DNA from: Trichoplax sp. H2
Lineage: Eukaryota
NCBI GenBank assembly: GCA_003344405.1
Contig: NOWV01000013.1
Span: 806,001-870,000 of the forward strand
Direction of reading: 5' to 3'
Length of the DNA stretch: 64,000 nucleotides
Within the stretch, counting starts at the first letter, position 1, and every line of letters begins with the position of its first letter. Below are positions 1 to 13,300 of this stretch, one piece after another. Under the pieces are notes generated by a model. That model was not told the origin of the DNA. It did not search any database and saw only the letters and a list, made by a program, of their open reading frames with translations. Position numbers and translations under genes: made by a program.

Positions 1-245
1 TGTTATCATTTCATTCTTCATAGGAGTCGTTCGGTAGTTTTTCTTGTTTTTTTCTATCGTAACTAACAGGTATGCTATAGTATCTTTAATGTTTTTCTTC
101 ATCTCTTCTACATTCATCTTCTACGACTTTAATGTAGTCTGAATATGAATAGTGTTTCGATTTTAGTTCATTTCAAACTTTCAAAACTTTCTTTTTCTGT
201 GTAATCAGACTTTACAAGAGCTATAAAAATATCCTTATAGCGATC

Positions 246-945
246 ATGGTTCTACCATCGAATAACGGCTTAGTTGTACTGGTGTTATTGGTAGCTTCTT
301 CACCAATTGGGGACGTAATTGCATTGACTAATGAAGATATATCAGACAGAAAACAAATTTTCAATGCCTTAGATGAACAAATGAGCAATCATGTTGATGA
401 AATGAAACCTATTGATTTTTTGAATCTCCAGCGAGAATTTGATGACACGCAAGAAGAACAAGATAGTTTCCTTTATGGACTACAAGATAAAAACGAGATT
501 GAAGACAAGAGTGAGATTAATCCTTGGTGTAATTTCAAGGAAACGAACAAGAATATGGAGAATCAGAATAATTTAATCAATCCAAAGATGGTCCCTACTA
601 AGAACAAGGTGATTTTCCTGTGATATGGATTTTTTCAAATTAAAATATTTTTTATGAGTTTGATAGCGAAAATTACAATATCCTTATAGTAAATAATAAA
701 TCCATAAACAATATTTTAACAGTGTGTTTCTTACTTTACTACTCAATGATCTACAGAAAATGAGGATATCATGGGGTCAACGACAGCGGCTTCGATATTT
801 TGCCTATCGTAGAAGAACTATATCTCAGAATGCCGGCGGTACAGTAGTTTTGACTGCACGAAGACGAAGTTCAAGTATACGACACGGATCTGCTTCCAGA
901 CGACGTAGAAATTGGAAACCTTCTTACCCTTTATTTTTGATATGA
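246..945 (+). CDS. Secreted prepropeptide, about 183 aa: signal peptide, acidic pro-region, Arg-rich cationic C-terminus (antimicrobial-peptide-precursor-like); coding exons 246-608 and 757-945
   Basis: Hydrophobic N-terminus (LVVLVLLVASS). Phase-0 donor AAG|GTGATT at 608/609 and acceptor CTACAG| at 756 join ORF 246..623 to ORF 724..945 in frame. Exon 2 encodes 62 aa with 15 R, 2 K and no D/E. Probable 5'UTR intron 70-208; AATAAA at 1074. Confidence 0.7.
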
Positions 946-3900
946 GATTTACGATATCGAATGAAACCATAAATATCTCATACCACCCATGCTGTAAGTC
1001 TTCCATAACATCCCATAAACAAATGCACTGCCTACACGTACACTAAAAACATTCTGCGATTTTATACATAAATAATAAACTGTAAATCAACTGGTTTGAA
1101 GTTTTAATACAGTCTAGCATATCTAATAGATAATTCTGCTTTATCTTGTTATGAATTTTGATAGACTATACGAAAATCTTCTTGCTTGATCATTAATAAA
1201 ATATAGTAAATAAAACTAGATTTTACTTGCGCGAAAAAATTTACTTTTGCGATGCATCCGATAGTTTACATGTCATTAATGGTATGATAGATAATCGTAC
1301 CTTGAAAAGAATATCAACTAAGATTGTTTTTCCTATAATTTCATCTAAGCTAATAAAATATGGCTTAGGCATAAAAGAAAACGGACTGCAATGCTGTAGA
1401 CTAACGTTTTAATAAAATTGATTTGTTTCCCTACGTCATCAACTTTTTGATACTTTATCCATGCACGGTGCCTCGTAATATTACTCTTTAGAACGAAATA
1501 AAACTGCCACAATTTGTATGTAGTTTACTAATATAAAATGTATTCTAGTATACTTTTGCTTAACCTCATTCATTTACAAATATCATGGAGATTTTAGGTT
1601 CGACATATAAGTATTGATGATCTCGCAAGTTTATGTGAGTTTATTCATGGCTCATTTCCAGATGAGATAAATACAGAGTTAAAACGACTTTTCTCTCTGA
1701 TTAACTATACACGGTAGAGTACGATATCTAATAAAGGAAAAGAGGAAAATGATTCTGTATACACCGTTTGCTATCCAGAATTTTTCAATAGTTTACATTT
1801 GATATATACTGACATAAATTATTACCACTTTTGAAATGTTGACATTATCATTTCCTTTATGACTTGGTAAACTTTATTACACATTTTACAAATGTATACG
1901 AAATAACATACGCCTACACTAGAAGTATGGTACTCAAATTAGTCCTAGCTCATGCAGTATACATTACATTATACTTTCTTAATTCAGTCTGGTTACGCAT
2001 CTGCCCAGTAATCGAATGTGCAAGTTTTAAGTAATACTACACTACATTTCCCCAACTATTTAGGAGTATGTCCATGGCAAACTAATTTTGCAACTTGTTT
2101 ACCATAATTATCGTAGAAATGTTCTAGATTATTTCATTACTATCGTAATATAGAATTATGGCGTTTCCTCGACGAATTTTGAAGCTAGCATTCTTATCCA
2201 CCTTTAAATTCCTGCCATCGCGACTGAAGGCCTTTTACCAAATATCTGAAAGCTGTGATGGCGCAGTTTCTAAACAATTCGCTAGACGAGATATCAGTAA
2301 AGAATTTCAGATGTGTGAGCATTAAAGATAAGTAAATTAATAAAGGATGGTGAGGGAATTAGAGCTACTTACAAATAAGATATTTCTTACATAAATGAAT
2401 AGAATTTCGAAAAAAATGTCAACTTTCTAATCTACGATTCTTAATTTGGTTACTAGGAAGTAAAGGAATATTTAAATTGTCCAAGAAAGACGTTTCAAGG
2501 TTGTAGTGCTTGGGTTCAACAATCCCTAATTATACACACATAATACGAATAGTATAAGTACACCGTTTCATCAACAGCAATCATGAAATTACCGTATAAG
2601 TATCGTAGACTATTCTACTTCTTAATACTACCGTACTTCAATTACTACTGTAATTAGCTGAAACTACTACAGGAGTGTATCGATTTGAGCAGAAATTTTA
2701 GTTAAATTTAATTTGTACTGTAAATTATTTTTGGAGCTTCACATACGATTAGGATTAAATTCATGTCAGTAATTGAACAGTGATAAAAATAGATAAATTA
2801 ATTGAAGCCTAATTGATAAATAACCAACGAGTACACTTACAAAAACATACGGTAAAGGATTTTCCACTAATGCTGTATCTAGAGCATTCATGTTTTAGCT
2901 GTCATCTAATCACTCCAACTCTATGATATCGTACAAATAGCGATCTAGTGCCATGTAAGCCTGTATAAATCAGACCTTCATTGCTGCGAAGACAGTATAT
3001 TTCAAGGTTAACTTTTACATAACACTTAGCATCCTGTAGATTAGCATTTTCATTAGCTGTTATTGATAATAATAAAAATATTGTTGCTGTGTGGGCGATC
3101 TGCTATAGCTTATTCCGCTCATTAAGTATGTCAAACTCAATTTTTAAGATAATACACCCTTCCATATTTAATTACAGACCCTTCAAGTTGGCTAGTCAGT
3201 CTTTTTTTACAACATCTTTATTACGAATATTGTTTATTGGTAGATTAGAATCTAATGTGATTCATACTACTACTTCCTTTCTCCCGTTACTATTTTCACA
3301 ACATATACAATTACGCTTAAATCTATTTATGATTGTTATAAAGTTAGTTTATGTCTCAATAAGCGTTTTCAAAATTTAAAATTAAGAGTATATTTTTAAT
3401 TCCGTCCCAGTAAATAAAATCGGAGGTTACTACTTTCATTATATTAACAGATCACACGACAAGATCATCGGATATAATACAGCAACAGTAATAACTTAAG
3501 CTATAATCTGATATGAATGCTTTACCCAAAATCATTGCTTTAGATTTGATACAAGAGCAAATGGATTGTTTACACTATTTCATTCGTTGATCCATACGCG
3601 TACATCGCATATTTATTGATTTATTTTCCCGAGATTGAATCGAACCTTATCACAAATATGCCCATGCCACTCTCTTTGTAAAATATAGGGTAATGTGTTA
3701 TAGAATTAGCAGTAGACTTCTTTTTTAATTGCCCTACGATTCTGATCATGAAATAATTTAGCCTAGTTATTATCCTGGAATAGTATCTTACATTGAGAAA
3801 GTCCCTTTGCAGCAAATTATCATATTGTAGGAATGCAGTAATCATGAGATCATGGATTACTGCGCTTTCTCCTTTTTGTTATGTAAATATCTATTATTTG

Positions 3901-5618
3901 GAATAATAGTAAACGGAAAGCAGTTTTTCTCTTAACGATACATGTCATCCCGTTTTTCGATCGTTAATGTTGCAAACCAGTTTTGCAACCAAGGTAATAT
4001 ACATAATCGCAATAGCTCTTACTGTAAGTAGTTAGTCTCAACTACGATATCTTCTAAGAACATTACATTTATTAAACCTAGCATGAGACCAAGACTTGAT
4101 CAAATCATGACTATTCTATAAATATCTATCTTTAGCAATAGTTTGTATCGTGACAATAGATATCAATTAATAATAGTTTCACAAATACAAAGATTACATA
4201 GCACCTGAATATCGAGAAACACCTAACTTTCGATAAAACTGCCCTGGATCAGAATTTAAGATCTATTTTACACTTATAATTTAATCATTATAAACTGATT
4301 ATGGCGATTAGCTGTACTGTATAGAAGATAAATAGATAAGCTTTTCGAATTTTATTAGAAGGTTTTTGAAACGAGCTGAATGGTAATCGATACTTATAGT
4401 TTAAGAATACAGAACCAAATCGAAAATTTCATCCTAGTTATTCGTTAAACTGAAAATATTATATAATTAAATCATAAATTGATAAGCATTACGTAAAATT
4501 ATATTTTATTTTATATTTCGTATTATTTTTTTATTCTTATAAAAGCAAAGAAAGCATAGGGTTAAAATGCTAGGTTTAGTTAGTTGTGTCTATCGAAAGT
4601 ATTTACTTTATTTGCATTCTATCGAAATCTATTCCATATTAGTGACGCATGATAAAGTAGGAGTATGTTGATAAAGGTTCCGGCAATTCTATCGAATTAT
4701 GATCATTCATTCGAAAGTCGGCTTGATTTCTCTAATGAATATATTGGGAAGAACAGAGATCTTCGTATCGTGTTTGGTTATGAAAGTTCTATACAGATTG
4801 TAATAATTTCTTTGCATTGGGCTAACAATAAGCTCAATATGGAACATAGAAATGAACTACAAAATATCACCGTCCTCTATTCTACTTAATATTGTTCATG
4901 ATGATCCTTGATCTACCAATCGAAATATTACTGACTATAACAAGATGATAGCTACAATTTATGCAAAACTAGTATATTGTAAATTAACTCTTTTTAATTT
5001 ACTGTTGGCCATCAGAATACTTTCTATCATTATTGTAAATAGCGTTTAATATACGGAAACGAAACATGAGAAAGAAATTTTACGTTTGGCTTGCATAAAT
5101 CTTATACACTCTTCGAAAGTAATAATTGCGATTTAATTCTCCAATAATACGGATATACTTAGTGAAATGTGAATAGATACGGTATGTATTCGTACCGGTT
5201 CATCATCCAGCTTTTAAATCAATTTCTTCGTTATTATGAAGTCATTAAATTTGTTCTGGATCATAATAGCTTTGATAATTATGCGTTCACCATGAAACAA
5301 CAATACGCTCACTCTTAACTTTCGATAAGCTAAGACACTAAAGAGATATAAATTAGCTGTAGGTTAACAACTCTCCGCATTTTAGTTCTGCTATCTGACA
5401 ACTTGTTCATGGTCAGTTTTATCCTGAAGGATTATCACCATTAATCAAATTAATAGCTATTGGTAAGTATCTTACGTAATGTTTTAGAATATCTTTGTAA
5501 AAATTCAATTATCAGTCTTTCTTATCACAGATGTGGACAACTAAGTTTGATCAACCAGTGATCTAAGTAATAAACTCTCTCCATTTATTGCTTATATCGA
5601 ATAGAATAACCAACCATC

Positions 5619-6038
5619 ATGAAGTCGTGCGCTGTCTTTCTGCTTTGCATGTTTATGTCCATGGTTCTTTCCATTTCGGCTGAAGAATTATCAGTAAATG
5701 ATGCTGAAAATCTTGGAGATAAATTTAATCTCGGTGATGTACCCGATTTGAAGGACATGGACGAATTAAAAGAAGAAAAACAAGAGGAAATAGATGAACA
5801 AAAATCCAAGGAAAGTGATCAAAAAGTCAATGAATTGCTTAAAGAAGCTAAAAGAATAGAAAAAGAGATTGAATCTTTAAATAGACAGCTCGATAATGAA
5901 GTAAAGGATGCGAAGGACCTTTCAGAAACAAAAAGCAATCTTGAGAATGAGAAAAATGGAATGAGTTCACTCTCTGAGGAGGCATTGGAAGATAAGGAAA
6001 TGTCTGATGAATCAGATAAAAGTCCTGAATACGAGTAA
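5619..6038 (+). CDS. Secreted acidic coiled-coil protein, 139 aa, function unknown
   Basis: ORF with a clear signal peptide (MKSCAVFLLCMFMSMVLSISA), an E/D/K-rich heptad-like body and one KR site. Probable 5'UTR intron 5463-5530; AATAAA at 6421. A further exon via the GT at 6035 cannot be excluded. Confidence 0.75.
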   Translation: MKSCAVFLLCMFMSMVLSISAEELSVNDAENLGDKFNLGDVPDLKDMDELKEEKQEEIDEQKSKESDQKVNELLKEAKRIEKEIESLNRQLDNEVKDAKDLSETKSNLENEKNGMSSLSEEALEDKEMSDESDKSPEYE

Positions 6039-7384
6039 AATTTTCAGGAGAAAGAAACTTTCTAACAAAGTGTAAGGATAATGATTAAGGTTATAGACAT
6101 CCTTTCAAGTATTTTACATTAAATTCAGTGATAATATTCATTAGCTACAAAAGCTTAAATTCATGATTTCACTACCGTAGCTTTGGACATTAGTAGCCTT
6201 TTAGTTTTTCTTAATTTAGCTTTAGACTTGAGACGTCTTGCTCTAATCAGTGAACAACAATGCTTGTAAAATTCAATGAACAACTTTAGCTAAGTATTTT
6301 CTACTGGTCAAAATATGATTTGGAAGAAAAATTTTCAACGGAATTTTATTGAATTATGTTTATGATTGTAATAGAAATTGATTGGAACAATGACAGCAAA
6401 TGTAGCATAACTAGACTGTTAATAAATCATTTATTTTCAAAATTGCAAGACTTGGAAGGCTGTTTTATGCGAACCTAGATATACTGCTTTATCATTTTAG
6501 TTGCTATTTTATTTACAGAATTTATTCAATAGCTACAGTGTATACGGGATTGCATCTGTCAACTTTAAACCAGTTCTATCCTAATTATCCTTGCTGCCTC
6601 AATTAGCTTCTTGTAACTTAATTGATATCTATTGGCTGTTAAACTATTAATGCATGACGAAATTGTTCTTAATCGTTTTTCTTTTACTTCACGGGCCATT
6701 AAAATTTTACTTTAGATTCACTTAATGACAATACTAATTTGGGCATCGGTCGTATCAAGCTTTGCTAACTGCGTGCAGTATTTAATATCGGGAATTATCC
6801 ATTAAAGCTGCATGATACAACTAGTGTAATGTAAAACCCTTTTTCTGCAATTTAGATCCGTAGTAACTGTAGATTTACATAGAAATTGCGCTTTTAATCA
6901 TATCAGTAATGATTATAGTGTGTATCAAGTAATCATAATAGCATACCATTATAAATTTTATTCAGTTCTGATATTCGTTATATGATAGTACTTGTGTAGC
7001 TTTATAGTCTCCATTTCTTGTGTATGTTACATTAACAGAGCAATCAAAAACAGATTGGCTGCTTAAGATTTTATAGACGAGGCAGTCATGCAAGTGCTCA
7101 GTATAAATATGTGATATCATTACTGAATTTTCAGCGGTGATTAATAATAATTTAAATAATCTTAAGTTAAAGAAAATTTAAGGAAACTCACCAGCAGAAC
7201 AAAAAGAGTGACAGAAATTGGCTGTACTTACTTATAGCAATTTGATTCTGATGATGACAATAATGCATTGGATTATTAAGATGTTCTTGCCGTTAAATAA
7301 CAATTTATATTAAATTTTAAGGTCGATCGTTAGTGATTATATTAATTTTATGATATTTAAAGACATGCATACGTGTATGTTGAA

Positions 7385-10300
7385 TCAATATTGTCGATGG
7401 CAATTTTGTGCATCTGTTACTTCTAAGTGTTTATACACGTATTTAACATGTGAAGAGCGCCACCTAGGATAATATACTACAATTATAAAATTACAATACG
7501 ACAATTATCACTAAGTTACCTCGCTTTAAATGTGAGAAAGTATACAGTTTAATTTTATTTCTGTCCATCATACAAAAAGTTTACCATTTACGTTCTGTGA
7601 AGAAGATGTTGCGATGCATTCCTTACAGTATTTTAATGTTCACGATATCTACAAGTGTCCACGACCTTAGAGGGCTATCACTCAACTACCGTAACTTGCC
7701 ATAAATTGTCTTTCTTGTCCAATCTCTGATGCATTCTAGAGCTTTCCATAAAAGGAAATATGATATTGATAGAAGATTTATAAGAATGAGACCTGATCAG
7801 AATCATATGTCACTACAGTATGGCTTTTCCGTCTCTTAACCTCAGCAGCTGTTATTTCTTTCCCATCGATTTCGTTATGAGGGTTTATTAGATTTAAATC
7901 CATTGATTTCGATGAGGATATTGATAGCGTAGGCTTAGACAACATAATACTATCTTTGCTATCCAGTAAATTAGTTTTATTAGGATTTGATGAAGCTATA
8001 ATGTTTTGGCTGTCTGTTGGGCTTGCATTAACAGATTTGGATGTAAGGACATCTTTCTTACTAACAGCGTTGGAACCATTAGCTGCTAAAACACTGTCGT
8101 ATTTGCCATTAGATTTAGCTTCATTAGGATTAGAATCAGCTGCTGAAAGAAACTGATCCCTACGTATAGCATTTATATCATTAGCTTTCGATAACGGTAA
8201 CGATAAGGAACTTCTATCTTTCTTTGTAGCTAAATTAATATTAGCAGGTGGAAGTTCCGATGCTGATACCGTTAATGCGGATTTTGATAATGATGTGTCC
8301 GTTAAATTTTCGTTATGAAAAGTTGACGGAATTTCCGATGATTGCCTCTTTGGTTGAAATCCTGAACTTGTTAAATTATCGCTATAATTTACAAAATTTG
8401 TCGTATTTTTATCCTTATTTTGCATAGATGCAATGTCAATATTGTGTCGCAATGATAATTCTTGTATGATCTGATCACTGGTTAAACTACCTTGGCCTTG
8501 GTAGTGCTTCAATGGATTTGTTCCTGGTGATTCTACTGGTTCAGTTTTGTAACCATCTAATCGACGCTGAGCTGATGGGCTCTTTGACATGGTTTGAGAT
8601 GATTGGATATCTCCATTTTCCGATTCGTTTGTACTAATAATAGATGATGGTCTCGATTTGGGTTGTGGGGACTCGTTCTTCCCACGATATAGAAATCCAG
8701 TGAGTTTATTAAATATAGCACCTCTCTTCTTTCCTGATTCAGTTGTGGTATTTTTATCCTGATTAGTTTCTACATTTTCATCTACTTCTTGCCATACCGG
8801 TGGCGGTGGTGTCGTTGTAAACGAAGCACCAATATCTCGGCCATAAATGCTTGTTGTTGTTGATGGGATCGAATCTAAAGTTGATAAATTTTCCAATTTT
8901 GATATGGATAAATTAGAATCATGAATTGTTGGCTCAGTCGCTAGACTAGAATCAATAACTGAGTTTGTTATATCTTCATTATGGGATTCATGCTGGTAAC
9001 TATCCGATTCATTCGAACTAACACCAGATAGGCCATCGTCATCATCGTCTTTATTTTCATATCTTATTCTTAATTCATTTATGAAAGCTCGAACTTCCAT
9101 AGCCCTCTGTCAAAATGTCAATATTTCAGTTACTTATATGCACAGAATAGACTACTTACTGTAGTATAACAGTAGGAACAGAAATTAGACAATAATTCAT
9201 TGTAAGTACAGTAGGAGGTAGGCTATCACGCCAATACCAGCAGTAAAACACTTAAATGAGAACGAAGTTTGACAATATATGATCAAAAAATTCATTGTAA
9301 CTATCATTAGTAAATAAATCATTTGATTGTAAAAAGTGAAATATAAACTATGATGTGTATAGTTTAGTACGAATAATTACGAAACAGTAATTTGCTCTAC
9401 TGAAAATATACTCGTATTCGATATTATTTTATTAGTAGCCATCAGAATATTCTAATAAGATTACATGTTAATTTTATACGGTACAACTTCTAGTCATTTA
9501 ATTTCTGCACAATTTCATATCTTTTAACTTAAAAGTCACAGCTTAAACCTAGTTTGGGATTCACTATTGTTATGTAATGTGAAGAACCAATCTAAACTTT
9601 CTAATCGTCAACTTCCAGCTTTACCAGTAGATTGATAAATGCTGTTATTAGGATATTTTGTCTAGAGAACTTTAATATTTGATAAGATAATCAAAGTATT
9701 TTCCAGCTTAAATTGATACTGTAATCCGTAGTAATGAGTTCCAATTTAGAAATGGGTTCTATTTTAGACTATTTATAAGGGTGTTCATTTTAAAATATAA
9801 CTTTTATTTTAATTGGAAAAGTTAATACTTAAATTTCTCCAGAACCCTATATGTGCAAGTGTACAAGAGTTACCTACCTCTATGGACGACAAACGCTTTT
9901 CATGATTGAAAGCACTAGCAATTTCGATATTAGCTTGTAGAACTGATTTTGCTTCATTAGCTTCATAGTCATCTTGAGCTTGCCGTTGCAATGCCAGTAA
10001 ATTAATATATTCTGCTATGTTGCTAGCGCGATTTCCACTGCGTTGCTTCTTAGCATTAAGTTTAACGGATGCTACTAAACTATTCATATAAGACATTAAA
10101 CGTCGACACTGATCTAAGGCAGATTCTAATCGCTCTGGCTCTGATAGAATAAATTTTTCATCCATCACAACTAACTTCTGCTCTTTAATTAATACCTCCT
10201 TTAATTCTGATTTGATTTTAGGGAATTCTTCTGTAAGTCCATTGCAAGAATAGCGATACCATCAGTTTCAATTATTACATAACGAAGTAGTTTATCAGGT

Positions 10301-13300
10301 GTATTATAATGCAATTTATACTAAATATAGCATGAGCAAAATGATGAATTAAATAGGAAAATACCTTGCGCTAAACTGGTAATAGAAGAATTAATTTCGA
10401 TAATAGCCAACTTTAATGCCTTAATAACTGAGCTGTCGATTCTACAAAAGCGCTTACGGGCATCGTACTCCAACACAGCAATCGCTCTAGATAACAATTC
10501 TACTTCTTTAGTGAGTTGGTTAGATTGCTTTTGGTAGTTAAGTTTAGTTTTATCGGCAGCTAATCTTTCATCTCGGACAATATCTTGCCCTAATCATTAA
10601 AAGATATTGATCAAGAAAGTTATTAACATCATTGATGTTTGCTTAAGATCAATTATAGCTAAAAGGGGTTTTTAAGAGTAAAGTCAAAGATGGAACTTAT
10701 GCCAATTAACTTTCCTGAGGTTAATTTCGCAAAAAATAAAGTTTTAGCAATTTCTGTTGTTAAAGTGAGCCGTATAATATGACTACTGATACTTTGATAG
10801 AGCAGCTTATCATCGATACAGATATTGATGTAATCTTGAGAATTAATGCTAGACGATGACACTAGAGAAATATTTGCAAATGGTAACTAAGATGTAGGTC
10901 TACCGTATTCATTTGTTACTGAAACAGTTTTAACGACTGAAGTATTATGATGCAAAGTAAGATTAGAATAAGTTGGGATTTATACCTCTTGTCATCACAG
11001 ATGTCGCTGTTCGGATTGATTTAATCGTATTAGCTAACGTTATATCGAAGAGTTGCTGCTGTATTTCTTGTTGCTGACGAAGGCTAGTGTATTCCTCTCG
11101 CAACTTCGTTACGTCCTTAAGAATATTAGTCGCGATAACTTGAATTTTGTCTTTGAACTGGTTCATTTCTGTATTCAATTCTGCCTCTTTGGCTATAAAA
11201 TATTTATATTTAGTGACACTATCTTTATGTCCATAACATATTTGATTTATGAAAAATCATTTCCAGTTTACTCAAGGTAGAAACTACAAGATATATAGAT
11301 ATCATCTCATGTGTTTTATTTTGCTATTACTTTTCTATATTCTATAGGCATGAAAATGTGATCAAGGCCACTAGATAGTTGCTGATTCTTTGCTGAGCTT
11401 ATTTATTACTGTATTATCTCTTGTTAAAATATTACTTCCATAGTATAACAGAATCGATCATTTCCCCTTCTAGATTTAATTCTTGTACAATACATCATTC
11501 AATAATCACTCGCTTTTATATATGCTGAAACCTGCACGATATACAATAAGGTGAATGAAATCCGAGGTTATACTGCTGTTATGATACTACGATAATGCAC
11601 TTCTACTGTAAAATATTTTATAAATCATTAAATAGCATTCCTTTTTAACCAACAGGTACAATTTATTATACTGTATATGACAAAACTAATTAAGATAGCC
11701 ACTAAGCAAGTTAAATTTTGTATTATGAGATGCATGGTGGACGCACAAGACGTGGAATTAATTGTTACTAATTCAGTAGCGTGGTTATTTTTTCCGTAAT
11801 CCTAATTGTTCATAAGTCTATTGTACAAGATTTGCAATGTTCTTGAAATTAATTTATTGATATCGAATTTTTTACTACGATATTATACTATAGCATGTAA
11901 TACCCTGCGCTAGAGGCGTTTTGAAAAGGTTGATTACATATGGCGCATACCTTGGAATTCTCTTACAGTTTCTTGGTTCTTCTGAGTTAGCATAAGCGTA
12001 AGACTTTTTAGCTGTTGCTCAATATTATCAATTCGATCCGATTTTTCTCTGAGTAATTAAACAAACAGATTATTAGTGCCGCTATATTGAAGTGACTATA
12101 CAGTATAATGCTTAAAGTACTGAAATCTAACCTTGATTCTGTCGGCGATTGCTTACTTGAAGTATCGCCTGGACTTTTATATTGTTCGATGAAAGCATCT
12201 ATCAGACAAAAATTCAGCAAAAATTCAATGGAAAATATGAATGAATAAAAGCACAGTAGCTTTTACGACATAACAGTCATATCTGCTAAATTGATTATAT
12301 ACCAGTAGCTTCCAAAAATTAGAATAAAACTTCAAACTAAAATTGGAGCTGTAAAAGTACCGATGTCATGTCGTATTTTAATTTTTAATATACTATTTAT
12401 TATACCTATAGCTTCTGATGAACTGTTAATTCTTTGCCTATCAACAGCTTGGATATCGTAACCCTCTGAATCGCTAAATACTGACGGTTGATTCAGTGAA
12501 AATTGATATTCAAACATATCAATCTCATCCTCGCTAGCTATATCTACGTTGTCACTTTCTTTTGCTTTCGAGGCTGCACTTTCTGAAACAACAATGGCGG
12601 GTTGACCATCAGAATTTGTTTCATTCTGTTTCGGGTTATCACCTTGCAGTCGTTTTAATGATCCAAATTTTGGCTTTTTACCGGATTGAGTATCAATGTT
12701 TTCTTTATAATTAATATCTTGCCATGGTAATATTTTGTCGCCTTTATTTTCTTCGAAAACTTCGCTATCACCTTGCAGTCGTTTTAATGATCCAAATTTT
12801 GGCTTCTTACCGGATTGAGTATCAATGCTTTCTTTATAATTAATATCTTGCCATGGTAATATTTTGTCGCCTTTATTTTCTTCGAAAATTTCGCTATCGG
12901 AATCGCTGGCGTTTCTGAATTGTTGTATGCTAGCAGCTTTGGCGATATTCATCATTTCCATCGATTTGCTAAATTTCTCATCAAGTGCTGGCTTGCCTTG
13001 AAATTCATTAGATGATGCTGAATAATCTTCAGCCTGCTCCTTGACGGAGAAATCAGAGTCATCCTTGATTAGCGTATCGTCAGGATTTGAATATTTTGCC
13101 GGTACTAATTTATCGATCTTTCTATCAGTAGGACTTTTAATGTTAGTTAAACCGTAGGTAGACCTGTTTTGCGAATGATTTTTAAATTCTTGCAACCTAC
13201 GCTGGCTTGGTGGAGTATGCAAAGATCTAGGAGGTTTGCTACGCTTGGGTTGTAATGATTTCATAGAGTTACTTTCGCTGTTATTTGATTTAAGCGTATT

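Noticed and set aside
5585-5809. Minus-strand Ser/Phe-rich ORF
   Set aside because: Antisense shadow of the secreted acidic protein.
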